Assembly: GCA_009602735.1 (NCBI GenBank) | Contig: WELA01002297.1 | Location: forward strand, 514,805 to 578,804 | Source of the DNA: Mesotaenium endlicherianum | Taxonomy: Eukaryota | DNA length: 64,000 nucleotides | Reading direction: 5' to 3' | Shown here: piece by piece, positions 37,940 through 51,328 of the stretch | Layout of the letters: every line of letters starts with the position of its first letter | Position numbering within the stretch: the first letter of the stretch is position 1 | Program-made: the position numbers and the translations under genes | The notes under the pieces: model-generated | The model's input: the letters and a program-made list of their open reading frames with translations, nothing else | What the model was told of the DNA's origin: nothing | Databases searched by the model: none

Positions 37940-38915
37940 GGGACTAGCGGTGTTGGAATTGTTTGCCGAACTTGGGTCTGGGACCATAGCATTGATCCAA
38001 CGAGGGATACAGGTGGCCAAAGTCCTGTATGTGGACAATGATAACCACGCTTTTCTAGCATTCAGAGAAGTCATGAGTCAGATGCTGAAAGGGGCAGACC
38101 TTACAGATGCAGCAAATGCATCACTTTGAGGGGTTGGTGTCCGCATACACCAATGTTGAGCGCATCGCTGGAGGCAACATTATTAATGTGAAGCCTGAAG
38201 CCCTGTATAGCTATAGGATTGACTGGATCTTTGCTGGATTTCCTTGTCAACCGTTCTCTCAAGCTGGGAACAGGAGGGGATTCAGTGATCCACGAGCACA
38301 ACACTGGAGATGGATGGTGATAATCATCAGCATGCTGCGGGAACGTCAGCACTATCACCCACCAATGTTTGTGATTGAGAACGTGCATCCAGGAATGGAT
38401 TACCAGCAGATGAAGCCGAGAGAGCCATGACTGATTCTCGACTCCACCTTGGGTCATCATGTGCTAATCAACGACGCCAAGCACGGAGGATTATCCCATA
38501 GGGCTAGAATATTTTGGATAAACGGCATGTCTATTGAGGTCCTGAGAGAGATGGAGGACCTTACGCGGCGATCACCGACGGCATTGACAGTGGAAGAGGC
38601 GCTGGCGGTACGTACCACGCCAGTGACCAGGAGGGATTCCTACCACAGTGCGTCATCAATGAACCAGGTCAGCCAAGGGCAGTACTGCCTACCTTTACAG
38701 CGTATCCAGGATCCCAAGCCTTCATAGGAGGAAGACCAGGAATGGTCAAAGACATGCATGAAAGAGACGCCGTTTGGAGAGAGCCTACTGCGGTGGAGAA
38801 GGGAAACTGCCTTGGAATATCTGACACCATAGCTTGGCAGATAGTCGGTGTTGTAGGGTCAGATGAAGCTGCAAAGATTTTCGGCAACATGATTGGACAG
38901 TACTCTATGACTTGG
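37940..38915 (+). pseudogene. D2 C5 cytosine methyltransferase domain (frameshifted)
   Basis: VLELFAELGSG (I), LYVD (II), IDWIFAGFPCQPFSQAG (IV), FVIENV (VI), HRARIFW (VIII), REPTAVEK...IFGN (IX/X). Confidence 0.9.
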
Positions 38916-41299
38916 CTGGTGGAGACAATCATGACGTGGCAGCAGTTGACCTTCACCGACAAGCCTATGCCGAGGCCAAGACCAGTGACAATTGGGGTCA
39001 ATGTGGTGCCAACATCTGACCAGAGGGCTATCAGGAACGCACATCAGCAACAAGAAGAATACGGTGTGCGAAGAGACGCAGCGGCAGCTGCCAGAGACAG
39101 AGCATTCAGGGAAGCTGAAGTAGTTGAACTGATGAGATGCCAGGATCTGTTGGACCAGATTGATAATCGGACCGCTGAATTACAAGCACCTCTGGAAAGA
39201 GAGGATACACCTTATGAGAGACCAGGCGCTTGAGCAGACGACGCCGTTGCCAAGCGCAGCAGACGATATGCAGAACACCCCGTCATCCTTGAGAAACGCC
39301 ACTCGCAGTTTGATATTTGGGAGTCCCTCTCCCGAAGCCACGACATCAAGGCGTGAGAAGACTTCAAAATATGCCAGATCAGGGTATGATACCAACCTCA
39401 GCCCAAGAGCAACTGGACGCGGAAACTACTGGCAGGACAGCTCAAGTAGCTGGGAAGCTAACCAAAAGTGTCTATCGTCTTCACCAGAGCAAGTACCGTT
39501 ACAAGATATGTCAGAGGAGTCTGAGAAGAAGACCCCTGGGCCAACACCTGAAGATTTTGAATACTATCTAAAACCAAGCACCAGTGCAAGAACGCCGGTG
39601 CAATATTGGTGAAGGGCCAAGATGGGCGTCTGAAGAGTACCTGAGTAGGACCCCTGAAGAGTCCTATAATACCTGCAGAGCATCCGTCGGAGAACGCAAT
39701 ATTGGTGAATGGGCTGAAGAGAGTAGCCAGAATTCATGAGATTTTGGAGGGTCTGCAAAGACCATATGCCTCAAAGTGATATTCGAAGAACGCAAAGAGG
39801 AGTCGGGCAAGCAATTGTCCACAACACCTTCTTTGATGAGCCTAGAGCCGCAGGCTAAGGGGCAACAGCAGGGTTCAGCCAGTCAGACAGCTGAATCCAT
39901 TGCAAGGCAGATCTTGGAGCAGCTACTGGAAGCAGACGCTCGACGGCACAAGGAAGAGGAAGTAGCTAAGGCGGCAAGCACTCTGCAATAAGCCATCGTC
40001 AACCTGGCGAAGCTCAACACAGATAATGATGGAGAGCCACCACCACCTGCAGTGGAGAAGTCAGTTGAAGATGAAGCAAAGATGCCAGATCTTCCAAAGT
40101 TTGACCTGCCGTCAGTCACCAATGAAGAGGAGATTCGGGAAGAAATTCCACGATTTCCTACCCCAGAGCTGGACTTGTTGGAGCTACAAGAGCTCAGGAT
40201 GGATGACTGGGTGGCCGACCACTTGATAATGGAGGGGCCCAGCCTGGCAGATCTATACAACAATCTGAGGTCGCCTACATCCAGCACTCCTATTCCCAGT
40301 TTTCCACCAGAAGCTACTCCACATCAACTACAACAGCCGCAGGAAGTGGCTGGCTGCACCGCTAAGATGGAACCAACACAAGGTAATCCTCACGGTTGCG
40401 CAGGCAGACAAAGAAAGGTGGCCCGGGAAGGGAATGCACCTTTCAGGCGGATGCTAATGCGTTATCTCAGGTATAGGGGAGCAGCTCAGAGAGAAGGGGT
40501 TCCGAAAGGAACCATGGCTCCTCCTCCGCAACCTATCCTGGAGATTTTGCAAAGAGAGGGAGAGGATGGCTCGATTCGCGAAGCTATGGCATTGGGAATT
40601 TGCATTCCCATGGTGCGCCCTTCATCCACTGGAACGTGGGAGAAGGATAGCTCAGCTCCTAGGACACCCGCAACTTCTGAAAGGGAACTAGTAGAGCTGG
40701 GAAGTACCAAAAGCCGCTTGACAGCAGAGAATGCTGTATACGCACAACTAGCTGCGGCTCAAATACCGCAAACTTTGACACAAGCATGGGCGGTTACGCC
40801 ACCAGCCAGGGAGGAGTTTGGCACAACCGTTGCGCACATTGCTACCATTGAGCGCGAGTGGGGTTGGACAATCGACCCCAGAGCAGATCCAGCAGAGTGG
40901 CCTTTGCCGAACCCGCCCCCACCACGTGAAGAGGGAGGAACGGGGACCAGCTTGACTACAGCAGATGAAGAAAGGTTCTTCAGGCAGCCCGTCCGGAGGC
41001 GTCTGACATACTCCACTCAACGGGAGAGGCGACGATCCATAGGAAAAGGTAAAAGGCTTAAGAAGCAGGCCGCCGAGCTTAAGTCAGCGGAGGAGCAAGC
41101 TGCGAAGCCTACCACTCCACCGCCTAACAATCAGGCAGAAAAACCTGAAGGTCAGGATGAGGGCAAAAAGCCCCCACCTGAATCCAAAGAGTAGCAACTA
41201 CTGGAAGCCTGTGTTGGGGAAAAGCAGCCAGCAACTGAGATTTTCACTATTGGAAAAATGGTCTCAGCCCAACAGAGAGCACAAATAGAAAGGCTGCTG

Positions 41300-42116
41300 A
41301 AGAAGCACCGCAAGGTGTTTGCTTTCACCAAGGAGGAGATTGGTAGAACCAGTGCCAGTGTGTGTGAGATCACACTAAGTACTGATAACCCAGTTAGACT
41401 TGGGCCGCATAAGCTCAGTTAGACCGAATGGGACTGTGTGGAGAAAACTTGCCAGGAGCTGCACAAGCTCGGCATGATTGAGAAATCAACATCAGTACAT
41501 GGAGCTTCCAGAGTAGTAGTTGCCAAGAAGGACGAGGCTGGCAATTATACAGCCACTCGTATGTGTGGAGACTACGGGCGACTGAATCTCCACACGGAGC
41601 CAGACAGCTACGTGATGCCTACACCAGAGTGGATCTTTGCGATTGCCACCACCGGGAAGGTGTTCAGCATCATCGATCTATGCCAAGGCTTGAACCAGAT
41701 CCCTGTGAAAATAGAAGATTGTATTAAGACCGCTTTCTGGACTCAAAGGGAACTTTGGCAATGGACGATAGTGCCGTTTGGGCTGAAATGCCCCAGCCAT
41801 ATTTCAGAAGACTATGTATAAAGTGCTGGAGGGGCTGACTTTTGCAAATCCATACATTGATGACATAGTGGTGTTCAGCAAGTCCATAGAGGAGCACCTT
41901 GAGCACTTGGAACAAGTGTTCCAGCGCCTGGAGAAATTCCAGATAACGCTGCATCCTGGAAAATGCAGATTCTTTGAGGCACATGGGCCTTACTTAAGAT
42001 ATAGAATTGGGAACAATGCTATGTCCCCACAGCCAGTAAAGGCTGAGGCCATTTACAAGAAACCTGCACCTGCAAATGTGTCCAAGTTGAAAGCTCTATT
42101 AGGGCTGAGCGGATAC
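41300..42116 (+). pseudogene. D2 reverse transcriptase, 5' part
   Basis: RMCGDYGRLN, IIDLCQGLNQIPV, PFGLK, PYIDDIVVFS; cut at LSGY by C2. Confidence 0.9.
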
Positions 42117-42619
42117 TGTAGTGAAACAGATAGATAAAGTACTTAGTAAAACAGAATACTTTATCTATTCAAGACAAGGATCTTTGAACACAAGTGGTAG
42201 CTTCTTGAAAAAGAGATGGCTTCTTGAAAGTTAATATATTTCTGGATTTTGGCAAGTACAAGAGTGATTCTCCCATGTCTTTCTATGTTCTAGCTCTTGT
42301 TTATATACTTGCTACATAAGTAATTTCTAGGAAGGTGTATGTTGATGTGTTGGCACCCAACACATCCCAAAACTTGCCACCTCTTTCTAGAATAATGTAC
42401 ACATGTCCTTTTGACCTAAAAATGGCACATTTGACTTTTGCCACATGGAGTTCTTCTAGGTCTTTCCTCTAACTTCGAAAATGCCTTGGAAGGTTCAAAG
42501 GACATGAACCAAGTTACTAGAGTACCTATTCACACTTGACTCCACACAATACTACTCCAAATATATTTGAAAACATTAAAATATATGCAAACTAATATAT
42601 AATAACTCAAATCACTACA
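42117..42619 (-). repeat. C2 3' LTR
   Basis: About 6 mismatches to the 5' LTR by eye; PPT at 42620-42629. Confidence 0.97.
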
Positions 42620-43388
42620 TCACCCCCCCGATAGAAAAAGCGACGTCTCGGCGCGTCAAGTCAGGTCTTACACATGTGGAGCAAACTAGTCAACAGTTTC
42701 AAGTCAGATGCCACACATGTGAAGAGGACTAGTCAAAGGCGCCAAGTCAGGTGCTACACATGTAAGGTAGACTAGGCAAGGTCGTAGGTGGTGTGACCTT
42801 ATTGGCTAGCCTACTCCTTAATGATAAAGAAAATTGTACAAGTTGGCCCAGAATCTGCCACGAACTCAAAAATTCATAGCGGCCACAGAACTGCTCCAAA
42901 TCTGAAAATTCGAGTGCCAGACGGACCGCGTCGGAGAACTCTACCGGGTCACCAAATTTGAGAGCATTCTCATTTCTGGAGTGTCGTTGAGAGCTGAGAG
43001 AGTAGGCACTCCTCCAAATCTGTGCAGAAACTTCTGAAAATCATAAGTCCTTCTATACTTCTCCAAATTCTGCAAACTAAGTCTCAAACTGGGCGCTGTA
43101 AGATGTTCTACCAGAGTCTTGAGTTTCAGAGCATTCCAAGTTCAGGGGAGGGCACAATGTCAGAAGGCATATTCTGCCCTAACAATGCCAGCAGCCTGAC
43201 CCCCTTCTACTTAGAGCATCATATCTCTCTCACCAGTGCTCCAAATTGAGCAAACTTGGACTCTAAATGACCGGCTACTCATGGACTACAGCCAGGTAAA
43301 TTTTCAGAATTTATTATGCAGAGACCTATTACCAGTAGCAGTTTTAGTTTTCTGTCCAGAAACTGCGAGAAGAGAAGAGTGTCTAATG

Positions 43389-46300
43389 TCAATTTTTCCT
43401 CTTTCTTGTTCTTGCAGGCTGCCTCCAAGGGGTCTTCTGCTGCTTCTTGATGGTGGCAGGCTGCCTCCCTGAAGTCTTCGGGCTTCTAGTAGAGAGACTT
43501 GGGGCTGGTCCAAGATGGGGGTTGGCGGCATGGAAGCGCTTCAACTTTCTCTGAACTTTGTCAAGGTAGTGCGCCGCCACCCAACTATTCTCCGAATCTG
43601 GATATCCTTTCCACTTGATCAAGTATTGCTGCTGTCTCCTGAAATTTCTCATAGCCACTATGTCTTCCACTTCGTACTCCAAATGATCATCCACTATTGT
43701 TGGGGCTGGTGGGGTTGTCACACGTCCTGGGAACTTGTTGTCGGGTTGCACATATGGCTTGAAGAGGGAAGCGTGGAATACGGGGTCGATGTGCATAGTC
43801 TGGGGAAGTTCTAGCTTGAAAGCAACGGGGTTGACTTGCTGGATAATCTTGAAGGGTCCCAAATACTTGGGAGAGAACTTGCTGCCGGCAGGCCTGTTGT
43901 TCAGGGAAATGTTCTTGGATGATAGTAACACGTTGTCACCCACTCTGTACGTAATTTCTCTTCTGGATCTGTTCGCCACTCTTGCTTGAGCATCTTGCGC
44001 GTGTTGTAGAGCTTTCTTCGCTGCTGTAAGGGCTGCTTCTAATGTCTCCATAAAATCTGTGGCTGCAGGTACTTCATCATGGCCAGCCGTGAAGCTCAGT
44101 GGCGTGGTCGGATGGAAGCCATAGTTGAGGAAGAATGGGGACTCTTGGGTAGAGGCCTGCGTAGTGTTGTTGTAGGCAAACTCGAGGGGGGTCAAGTACA
44201 TGTCCCAGTCTTGCTCGAGGGTAGACACGTAGGCCTTTAGAGAGGTCTTTAGGGTACGATTCATACGCTCGGTTTGCCCATCTGATTGTGGGTGGTAGGC
44301 AGTAGACATATCCAGCGATGTACCCAAGTTCTTGAAGAGATTTTTCCAGAAATGGCTTGTGAATCTTGGATCTCTATCTGACACAATTCTTGATGGTAGT
44401 CCATGGAGTCGGAAGATGTTGTCAAAGATGAGTCTTGCAAGTTGTGGTGCTGTAGCCTTAGTCGTCGTGGGAATAAAATGAGCCATCTTGGTAAGTCTGT
44501 CCACCACCGTGAGTATTGCATTATGGCCTCGAGGTGTCACGGGCAAGTCCACGATAAGGTCCATTGAGATGTCCGTCCATTGTCTTTCGGGGATTGGTAG
44601 TGGTTGGAGGAGTCCTCCCGCCTTTTGCGATGATGGCTTGATTCTTTGGCATGTGTCACAGCTCCTGCAGTACTCCTTGACTTGCTTAGACATGCCTGGC
44701 CAACAATAAGTCCTAGCTAGAACGCCCGTGGTCCTTAGGATTCCAAAGTGTCCTCCAAGAGGGTTGTCGTGTGCTTCTCGTAGAAGCAAGAGCCGGAGGT
44801 CTATGTCATTAGGAACACATCTCTGGCCCGTATCTTGCCTCACCCAATAATTGCCTTCTTGCTTCTTGCATGGGTCCAAGGCTGCTTCTCCGTTCTTGTA
44901 GTAAGGGTCTCTTTCATAGGCGGCTGAAAATCGAGCTTCCAGATCTGTCTTCAGGGATACCATCACTGCATTTAATTGCAGTCTTGAGAGGGGGTCAGCC
45001 GGGTTTGTCTTGCCGGGCTGGTACTGAATCGTGATGTTGTATTGTTGCAAGTATCCGCTCCATCTTGCTTGTCTCCTTGAGAGATACGGCTGCGTTTGGA
45101 GGTGCTTTAACGCCTCGTGGTCCGTGGTGACCAGTACTTTGCGTCCTTCAACGTAGCAGCGCCAAACCTTCAAGGCATGTACAATCGCCAATGCCTCTCG
45201 CTCCGTGGTTGTATAATTTTGCTCGGCTGGATTTAGCTTCCTTGACTCGTAGGCGATGGGCTGCAGTCCCTTGCCTTGGTCTTGAAGCAGGATTGCTCCT
45301 ATTGCATAGGAAGATGCATCGGTGATGACGTGGAAGGGCCAATCTGGGTTTGGACTTGGGAGTGTGAGCACCGGGGATGTGGTCAATCTTCGCTTTAACT
45401 CTTGAAATGCCTCTTCCTCTTTCTCGGTCCATGTATATAGCCTGTCCTTCTTGAGTAGATCTGTCAGGGGGGCTGCTATGTGCGAGAAGCCTTGGATGAA
45501 TTTTCTGTACCAATTGGCAAATCCCAAGAATGACTGGAGTTCTTTCTTGGTCGTGGGGGTTGGCCATTCCTCCACCACCGTGGTCTTCTTGGGGTCCATC
45601 TTGATGCCATCAGCAGTCACGTGGAGACCTAGGAACTCCACTTCTTGTTTGGCAAACTCGCACTTTGACTCCTTCGCAAATAGCTTGTTTTGCTTCAATA
45701 CTTCAAGGACTTCTTTCAAGTGTCTCGCATGCTCTTCAAGGGTCTTGCTGTAGATAAGGATGTCATCGATGAATACCACCACAAATCTGTCCAACATGGG
45801 CTGAAATATGGTGTTCATCATAGTCATGAAAGTTGCTGGCGCGTTGGTGAGTCCAAATGGCAGGACCATGAACTCAAAATGTCCATATCTTGTCCTGAAT
45901 GCCGTCTTCTCTATGTCCGGTTCTGCGATGCGAATCTGGTGGTAGCCGCTCCGTAAGTCAATCTTCGTGAAGTACTTGGCTCCAACCAGCCGGTCCATGA
46001 GCTCATCCATGCGCGGCAGCGGGTATCGATTCTTGATGGTGATCTTGTTGAGGGCGCGATAGTCCACACACATCCTCAAGGTACCATCTTTCTTCTTGAC
46101 AAATAGCACCGGGGCTCCAAATGGCGACTTGCTAGGTCGAATGAAGCCATGCTCCAGTAGCTCCTTGATTTGCTTCTTGACTTCGTCTAGCTCCGTGTAT
46201 GACATTTTGAACGTAGGCCGAGAGATGGGCTTGCTTCCGGGCTCCAACTCTATCTTGTGGTCTACGAATCTTTTGGGGGGTAGGCCCTTGGGCAATTCCG

Positions 46301-47054
46301 GGGAGAACACTTCTTTGTAGTCCTCTAAGACTTCTTGTATCTCCTTGGGAACGGGGCTGCCTTCTTGACTCTCGATGTCTTTCTTGATGTCTTTTGGCGT
46401 GATCAAGGCCAAAAGAAGCTCGTGTCCCTTCCTCACAAGTCTCTTGAGTTGGAGGGCGGACAATAGTATCTCGTGTGCCGGCTTCTGGATGTCTTGGGTC
46501 TGGATATTCTGGATTGCGCGCAAAATACAGATTCTTGAAGTGATGTCATTCTTGATCTTGATAGTACCGGTCCTCCAATCAACTTGGGGGTTGTGCTTGG
46601 TCAACCAAGGCGTCCCTAGGATGACGTCGTACTTGCCCAATTGCATGGGGGAGAACACTACTCTATCCTTGAAGGACTTGATAGAGAGTGCCAAGGGGTA
46701 CGTCTTCTTGGAAGGGGTAGTATAGGAGAATCCATCGGGCATCATAATCTCCTCGTCGTGGTCAAGAGTTCGCATAGTAATACCGTGCTTGGTGGCAAAA
46801 TCTGCAGCAATGAAGTTGCCTTGAGCTCCGCTATCCACCAAGATGTGGACCTTCTCTCCTCCAAGGTAACCTCTCAAACTCATTGGGGCTGGAACGTCGT
46901 CTTCAACGGGGGTCTCCACCTCACTTGGCGTGTTGCCTTCTCGTGAAGTGGGTCTTGGGGTGGTAGGCTCCTGGCCTACCGGCGCTGTCCGTTTTTTGAC
47001 AACTTTTTGGGGCATGAAAGTGCACGATGGCCCTTTTCCTTGCAATAAAAGCAT
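43389..47054 (-). CDS. pol: C2 Pol: PR-RT-RNaseH-integrase-chromodomain
   Basis: [42 protein letters not shown] motif, EYEVEDIV...YLIKWKGY...NSW. Confidence 0.97.
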   Translation of the reverse strand: MLLLQGKGPSCTFMPQKVVKKRTAPVGQEPTTPRPTSREGNTPSEVETPVEDDVPAPMSLRGYLGGEKVHILVDSGAQGNFIAADFATKHGITMRTLDHDEEIMMPDGFSYTTPSKKTYPLALSIKSFKDRVVFSPMQLGKYDVILGTPWLTKHNPQVDWRTGTIKIKNDITSRICILRAIQNIQTQDIQKPAHEILLSALQLKRLVRKGHELLLALITPKDIKKDIESQEGSPVPKEIQEVLEDYKEVFSPELPKGLPPKRFVDHKIELEPGSKPISRPTFKMSYTELDEVKKQIKELLEHGFIRPSKSPFGAPVLFVKKKDGTLRMCVDYRALNKITIKNRYPLPRMDELMDRLVGAKYFTKIDLRSGYHQIRIAEPDIEKTAFRTRYGHFEFMVLPFGLTNAPATFMTMMNTIFQPMLDRFVVVFIDDILIYSKTLEEHARHLKEVLEVLKQNKLFAKESKCEFAKQEVEFLGLHVTADGIKMDPKKTTVVEEWPTPTTKKELQSFLGFANWYRKFIQGFSHIAAPLTDLLKKDRLYTWTEKEEEAFQELKRRLTTSPVLTLPSPNPDWPFHVITDASSYAIGAILLQDQGKGLQPIAYESRKLNPAEQNYTTTEREALAIVHALKVWRCYVEGRKVLVTTDHEALKHLQTQPYLSRRQARWSGYLQQYNITIQYQPGKTNPADPLSRLQLNAVMVSLKTDLEARFSAAYERDPYYKNGEAALDPCKKQEGNYWVRQDTGQRCVPNDIDLRLLLLREAHDNPLGGHFGILRTTGVLARTYCWPGMSKQVKEYCRSCDTCQRIKPSSQKAGGLLQPLPIPERQWTDISMDLIVDLPVTPRGHNAILTVVDRLTKMAHFIPTTTKATAPQLARLIFDNIFRLHGLPSRIVSDRDPRFTSHFWKNLFKNLGTSLDMSTAYHPQSDGQTERMNRTLKTSLKAYVSTLEQDWDMYLTPLEFAYNNTTQASTQESPFFLNYGFHPTTPLSFTAGHDEVPAATDFMETLEAALTAAKKALQHAQDAQARVANRSRREITYRVGDNVLLSSKNISLNNRPAGSKFSPKYLGPFKIIQQVNPVAFKLELPQTMHIDPVFHASLFKPYVQPDNKFPGRVTTPPAPTIVDDHLEYEVEDIVAMRNFRRQQQYLIKWKGYPDSENSWVAAHYLDKVQRKLKRFHAANPHLGPAPSLSTRSPKTSGRQPATIKKQQKTPWRQPARTRKRKN
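46962..46997 (-). promoter_or_regulatory. Putative -1 ribosomal frameshift signal (A AAA AAC plus hairpin)
   Basis: Heptamer 46991-46997 in the gag frame; pol is in the -1 frame; GGTAGGC/GCCTACC stem 10 nt downstream. Conserved in C1 (heptamer 15345-15351). Confidence 0.8.
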
Positions 47055-48256
47055 AGTCCAGCCGTCATGAGAGCTTCTTTTTCAGCCGGGGAGAGTCTTG
47101 CTTTCACTCCTTGCTGGTTTCTTGCATCATAAGTGTCATTGGAGGGTCTTCCACTCTTCCGGGCAGCCGCGGGGTCCCTTTTAATAACTCCGATTTCCAT
47201 GGGTGTGGGTCCAGATTCGGATGTGGAAGGGGCTGCGTACACCCGCGTCGTCGGTACCCGTGAAGATGAAGGCACGGAGTGCTTGAAATCCAAGGTATCC
47301 ACCTTTTGGGCCACTTCAATGATCTTTGAGAAGTCCGTCAAGTCGCGTAACTCCACTTCCTTTGCCACCTTGGGTTTGAGGCCAAAGATGTAGCGGTCAA
47401 TCTTCTCCTCGAGAGACATGTTGGGGATCTCAAGAGTGAGGGCGTGAAATCTGGATGTATACTCTTGAACGGACGTCGTTTGCTTGAGATGGTGGAGCTT
47501 TCCTCGGGCAATCTTCTCCGCATTGATGGGCATGAATTGCTTCTTGAGGGCCTCACGAAAATCTGCCCATCTTGCATATGATGGTGGGGGCTCTTGGCCG
47601 AGCATGGGGTGCGCCATAGCTTGATATATAGCCGCTTGATAGTTACGCCACCATGATGTTGCTGCTCCTCTAAGTAAGGTAACGGCAAAGGGAACGTAGT
47701 CCTCCTCGGGTACTTCAAGGAATGCGAGGTACGTCTCCACTTGGTAGAGCCATAAATTCAGGTTGGCACCTTTCCCGGGGTTGAAAGTGTCGGGTTTGCC
47801 GGGCTTGATGAGTTTCCTTGCTCTCGTTGGCTCTTGTGGAGGCGCTTGAGCCGGGGCTGGATTTTGAGCATTGCTCGCAATAGGGGCAACCATGGCAGCC
47901 ATAGCTTCTCTTGACGCTTGCACGGTTGCTTCATAGGTGGCCAAGCCCACTTGGTTGTGGACGGTCATTAGGAAGGCTGCCCACTCATTTGCGGGAACTC
48001 CTTGTGGTGGGGTCAACTTTGCTATAGCGGCTGCCACGGGATTTGACGGTGCTCCTCCTTGTGGTGCTTCTTGTTGTTGGAGATTTCCTTGAGTAGGCTC
48101 TCCCATCGACGCTGGAGGAGGGTGTGCTCCTCCTTGTGGTGCTTCTTGTTGTTGCAGATTTTCTTGAGTGGGCTCTCCCATCGGCGCTGGAGGAGGGTGT
48201 CTTGGAGAGGAAGGGCTTCCTTCGAAAGCTTGCTGTTGGTCTTGAGGATCGGCCAT
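46976..48256 (-). CDS. gag: C2 Gag with CCHC knuckle
   Basis: 426-aa [36 protein letters not shown]; 25-aa N-terminal tandem duplication. Confidence 0.96.
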   Translation of the reverse strand: MADPQDQQQAFEGSPSSPRHPPPAPMGEPTQENLQQQEAPQGGAHPPPASMGEPTQGNLQQQEAPQGGAPSNPVAAAIAKLTPPQGVPANEWAAFLMTVHNQVGLATYEATVQASREAMAAMVAPIASNAQNPAPAQAPPQEPTRARKLIKPGKPDTFNPGKGANLNLWLYQVETYLAFLEVPEEDYVPFAVTLLRGAATSWWRNYQAAIYQAMAHPMLGQEPPPSYARWADFREALKKQFMPINAEKIARGKLHHLKQTTSVQEYTSRFHALTLEIPNMSLEEKIDRYIFGLKPKVAKEVELRDLTDFSKIIEVAQKVDTLDFKHSVPSSSRVPTTRVYAAPSTSESGPTPMEIGVIKRDPAAARKSGRPSNDTYDARNQQGVKARLSPAEKEALMTAGLCFYCKEKGHRALSCPKKLSKNGQRR

Positions 48257-48280
48257 CTTCTTGTGCTACCAAAGTGCCTA

Positions 48281-48292
48281 GCTCCGATACCA
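48281..48292 (-). promoter_or_regulatory. C2 PBS (tRNA-iMet type, TGGTATCGGAGC)
   Basis: 1 nt from the 5' LTR end. Confidence 0.9.
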
Positions 48293-48293
48293 C

Positions 48294-48796
48294 TGTAGTG
48301 AAACAGATAGATAAAGTACTTAGTAAAACAGAATACTTTATCTATTCAAGACAAGGATCTTTGAACACAAGTGGTAGCTTCTTGAAAGAGAGATGGCTTC
48401 TTGAAAGTTAATATATTTCTGGATTTTGGCAAGTACAAGAGTGATTCTGGAATGTCTTTCTATGTTCTAGCTCTTGTTTATATACTTGCTACATAAGTAA
48501 TTTCTAGGAAGGTGTATGTTGATGTGTTGGCACCCAACACATCCCAAAACTTGCCACCTCTTTCTAGAATAATGTACACATGTCCTTTTGACCTAAAAAT
48601 GGCACATCTGACTTTTGCCACATGGAGTTCTTCTAGGTCTTTCCTCTAACTTCGAAAATGCCTTGGAAGGTTCAAAGGACATGAACCAAGTTACTAGAGT
48701 ACCTATTCACACTTGACTCCACACAATACTACTCCAAATATATTTGAAAACATTAAAATATATGCGAACTAATATATAATAACTCAAATCACTACA
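48294..48796 (-). repeat. C2 5' LTR
   Basis: Direct repeat of 42117-42619. Confidence 0.97.
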
Positions 48797-48801
48797 GATA
48801 C

Positions 48802-50938
48802 TATCGTAAACTTGTGAAGGACTATAGCAAAATTGCTAAATCCTTAACAGAACTTCTGAAAAAGGATTTACCTTTTGTGTGGACGGAAGTCCATGAGAAG
48901 GCCATGAACGAGCTCAAGGAGCGGCTGGTAACGACCTCAGTCTTGCGAACGCCTGACTATTCCAAGCCATTCAATCTACACACTGACTGGAGTTGTGTGG
49001 GAATCGGCGCAGTACTCACTCAGGCCACAAGTCCTAGAGAGGAGTACGTCATTGCTTATGCCTCGCGCTCTAAAAACCGAGCAGAGAGCAACTACTTGTC
49101 CTACGAAGGAAAGCTATTGGCAGTGGTTTGGGCTGTCGCACATTTCAGAGAGTATCTTTTGGGAAGACCCTTCACGCTGATCACAGATCACTCGCTGTTA
49201 CTCTAGCTGATGAAAAATGGAGACCTCACTCGTAAATTGGCTCGCTGGACTCTCAAGCTCCGAGAGTACCAGATGACGGTGATGCATCGAGCAGGTGTAC
49301 TCAACAACGACGCCGATGGACTTAGCACGAACCCAAACCCATCCTCAGACGACAGAACAGGAGCTCGAGAAGAGGAAGATCCGAGCAGCCTAGCAGAATT
49401 GGCAGCCTGCCTGGCCAAAATGGCTAGAATGGTAGCATCAGGTGAAGCTGAGCCTCTACCCCTGTTCATTCCAGAGATTTAGAAAGATCAAGCCACTATG
49501 CACTGGCTGAAGACGAGAGTCCACATGGAGGGATTACTCGTGAAAGAGAAGGACCAGGTGAGCCATCAAGCTAAAAGGTTTTCCTGGAAACGCAATAACC
49601 TCTTCAAGATTGAAGAAACTGGTCAGGAGAAGTTGGTGCCAGAACCCACCAAAAGGCAAGCTCTGGTGCAGGAAATGCACGAGAGTACTGGACACTATTG
49701 TGTCAAGAAGACGTACGATCTTCTGGAGCTGTCTTATTGGTGGAGGGGCATGAAGCAGCAGTGTGAGGAAGATGATCAAGGCCTGCCAAAGCTGTGATCG
49801 CGTCAAGGCTGGTTTTACACAGCAACATCTACACCTGCAATCTCTGCCAATCATGGGCCTAGGCTACCCGTGGAGCTGCGATCTCGCAGGTAAGCTACCG
49901 CTGTCCAAGCGAGGTAACAAGTACATTATGGTCATGATTGAGCATTTCTCTAAGTGGATAGAGGTTGCCCCTCTAACTGCTAAGGAGAGCTTGGGGACCG
50001 CGGAAGCGCTCCTCAACGGTGTGATTGTACGTCATGGAGCTCCAGCAGAAGTGCTGACAGACCAAGGGTGTGAGTTTCAAGGATCTTTTCAGAACCTCTT
50101 GGATAGATGCTTCATCGACCATCGCACTACGTCTAGAGACCACCCGCAAGCAGATGGTCTAGCAAAACGGATGGTGCAAACCATTGAGTCTTCTTTGTGC
50201 AAATTTTGCCTTGAGCATGATAAGCGTAATTGGGATCTCGGTCTGCCATGGCTGGTTATGGGTTACAAATTTAGCAAGCAAGCTGCTTTGGCGAATTACT
50301 CGCCTTATCAGATTCTGTTTGGCAGAAGTCCACTTGTGCCCAGCAGCATCAAGCAGGAGTTTGAGCATGTGAAAGTCCTAGACAACCCTGATGAACTGCT
50401 AAAGGTTATGATACGCCGCAAGGCGTTATTTGAGCGCATGATGCCTGCTGCCTTGGGCAATCTAAAAATGGTGCAGAAAAGAGACACACAGCGTTACGCC
50501 AGGACGCGAGATGGGAGCTACCACCTGCAAATGACGCAGATCCAGGATGGAGACTTTGTCTACCGCAAGCGCCAGACCAAGACCACCATCGACACCAGTT
50601 CAAGTGCAGTGATCTTACGCGTGAAACATGCGTTCGACAATGGTGTGTTGGAACTGGAAGGTTCTGATAGTAAGACCATGAGAGATCACTTGCAGAACTG
50701 CTCGCTGTGCCATATGCCAAATATCGATGCTACGGTTAAGACTGTGCCCAAGGAATTGGTGCCAGCCACGCCTTGTGCCAGCTGCAAAGTGCCGGATGAT
50801 CAAGAAGCAATGGTAACTTGCGATAAGTGTAATGCCCGTTGGCACACCTTCTGCATTGGTGAAGAATAGATTATGGCAGGACGGTGGGAATGTCTTGATT
50901 GCCTTCCTAAAACTCCCAGCCGCAGAGCTCGAAGATAG
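48802..50938 (+). pseudogene. D2 pol 3' part: RNase H-integrase-PHD finger
   Basis: LHTDWS, YEGKLLAVVWAV, HESTGHY...CQSC, WSCDLAG/LTDQG, PHD CASCK...CDKCNARWHTFC...WECLDC. Contains stops and frameshifts. Confidence 0.92.
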
Positions 50939-50985
50939 AAGTTTTCAGCGGCAAGGAAGGGACGCCTCAACTGAAAAGGAGGGGC

Positions 50986-51326
50986 GTAAGGGAAACTGAG
51001 GATAGGCTAACTTTCAAAAAATTTCTACTAAGTGTTGGTAGTGTGGAATAAGGAATTGGTTGAGCATGGGAAGCACTGAGTGTGGGATGCTTCACCGCAT
51101 GATGCAAGTGCAGGAAGACCAGGAATGGGTCAACCCCCAGCTAGTCTGCCGCCGACACACGTGCAAAGGTCGATCAACCCGGTCGATTTCCCACGTGCAG
51201 CAACGCACCGACCTGTCGACCAGGGAATCCCCGTACGCGAGAAGGACCGCCGACACGTTGACGTTGAAGGCACACGTGCTGAGAAGCCACGCACGTGCCA
51301 GGGGTCTGACGCTGTTATGCACAACA
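50986..51326 (+). repeat. D2 repeat B1, after PPT GAAAAGGAGGGG (50973-50984)
   Basis: Matches 52591-52934. Ends GCACAACA, then spacer GC, then TGTCG. Confidence 0.92.
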
Positions 51327-51328
51327 GC

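Larger units (their letters stand above)
42117..48796 (-). mobile_element. C2: intact chromovirus (Ty3/Gypsy), 6680 bp, TSD GATAC
   Basis: Two 503-bp LTRs with 8-bp terminal IR TGTAGTGA/TCACTACA, PBS, PPT, and uninterrupted gag and pol. Removing it restores the D2 frame GLSGY-YRKLVKDYSKIAK. Confidence 0.98.

Noticed and set aside
37940..38915. Bacterial restriction-modification MTase or host DNMT gene
   Set aside because: Intronless and positioned between retrotransposon PR and RT in three elements; no nuclease nearby.
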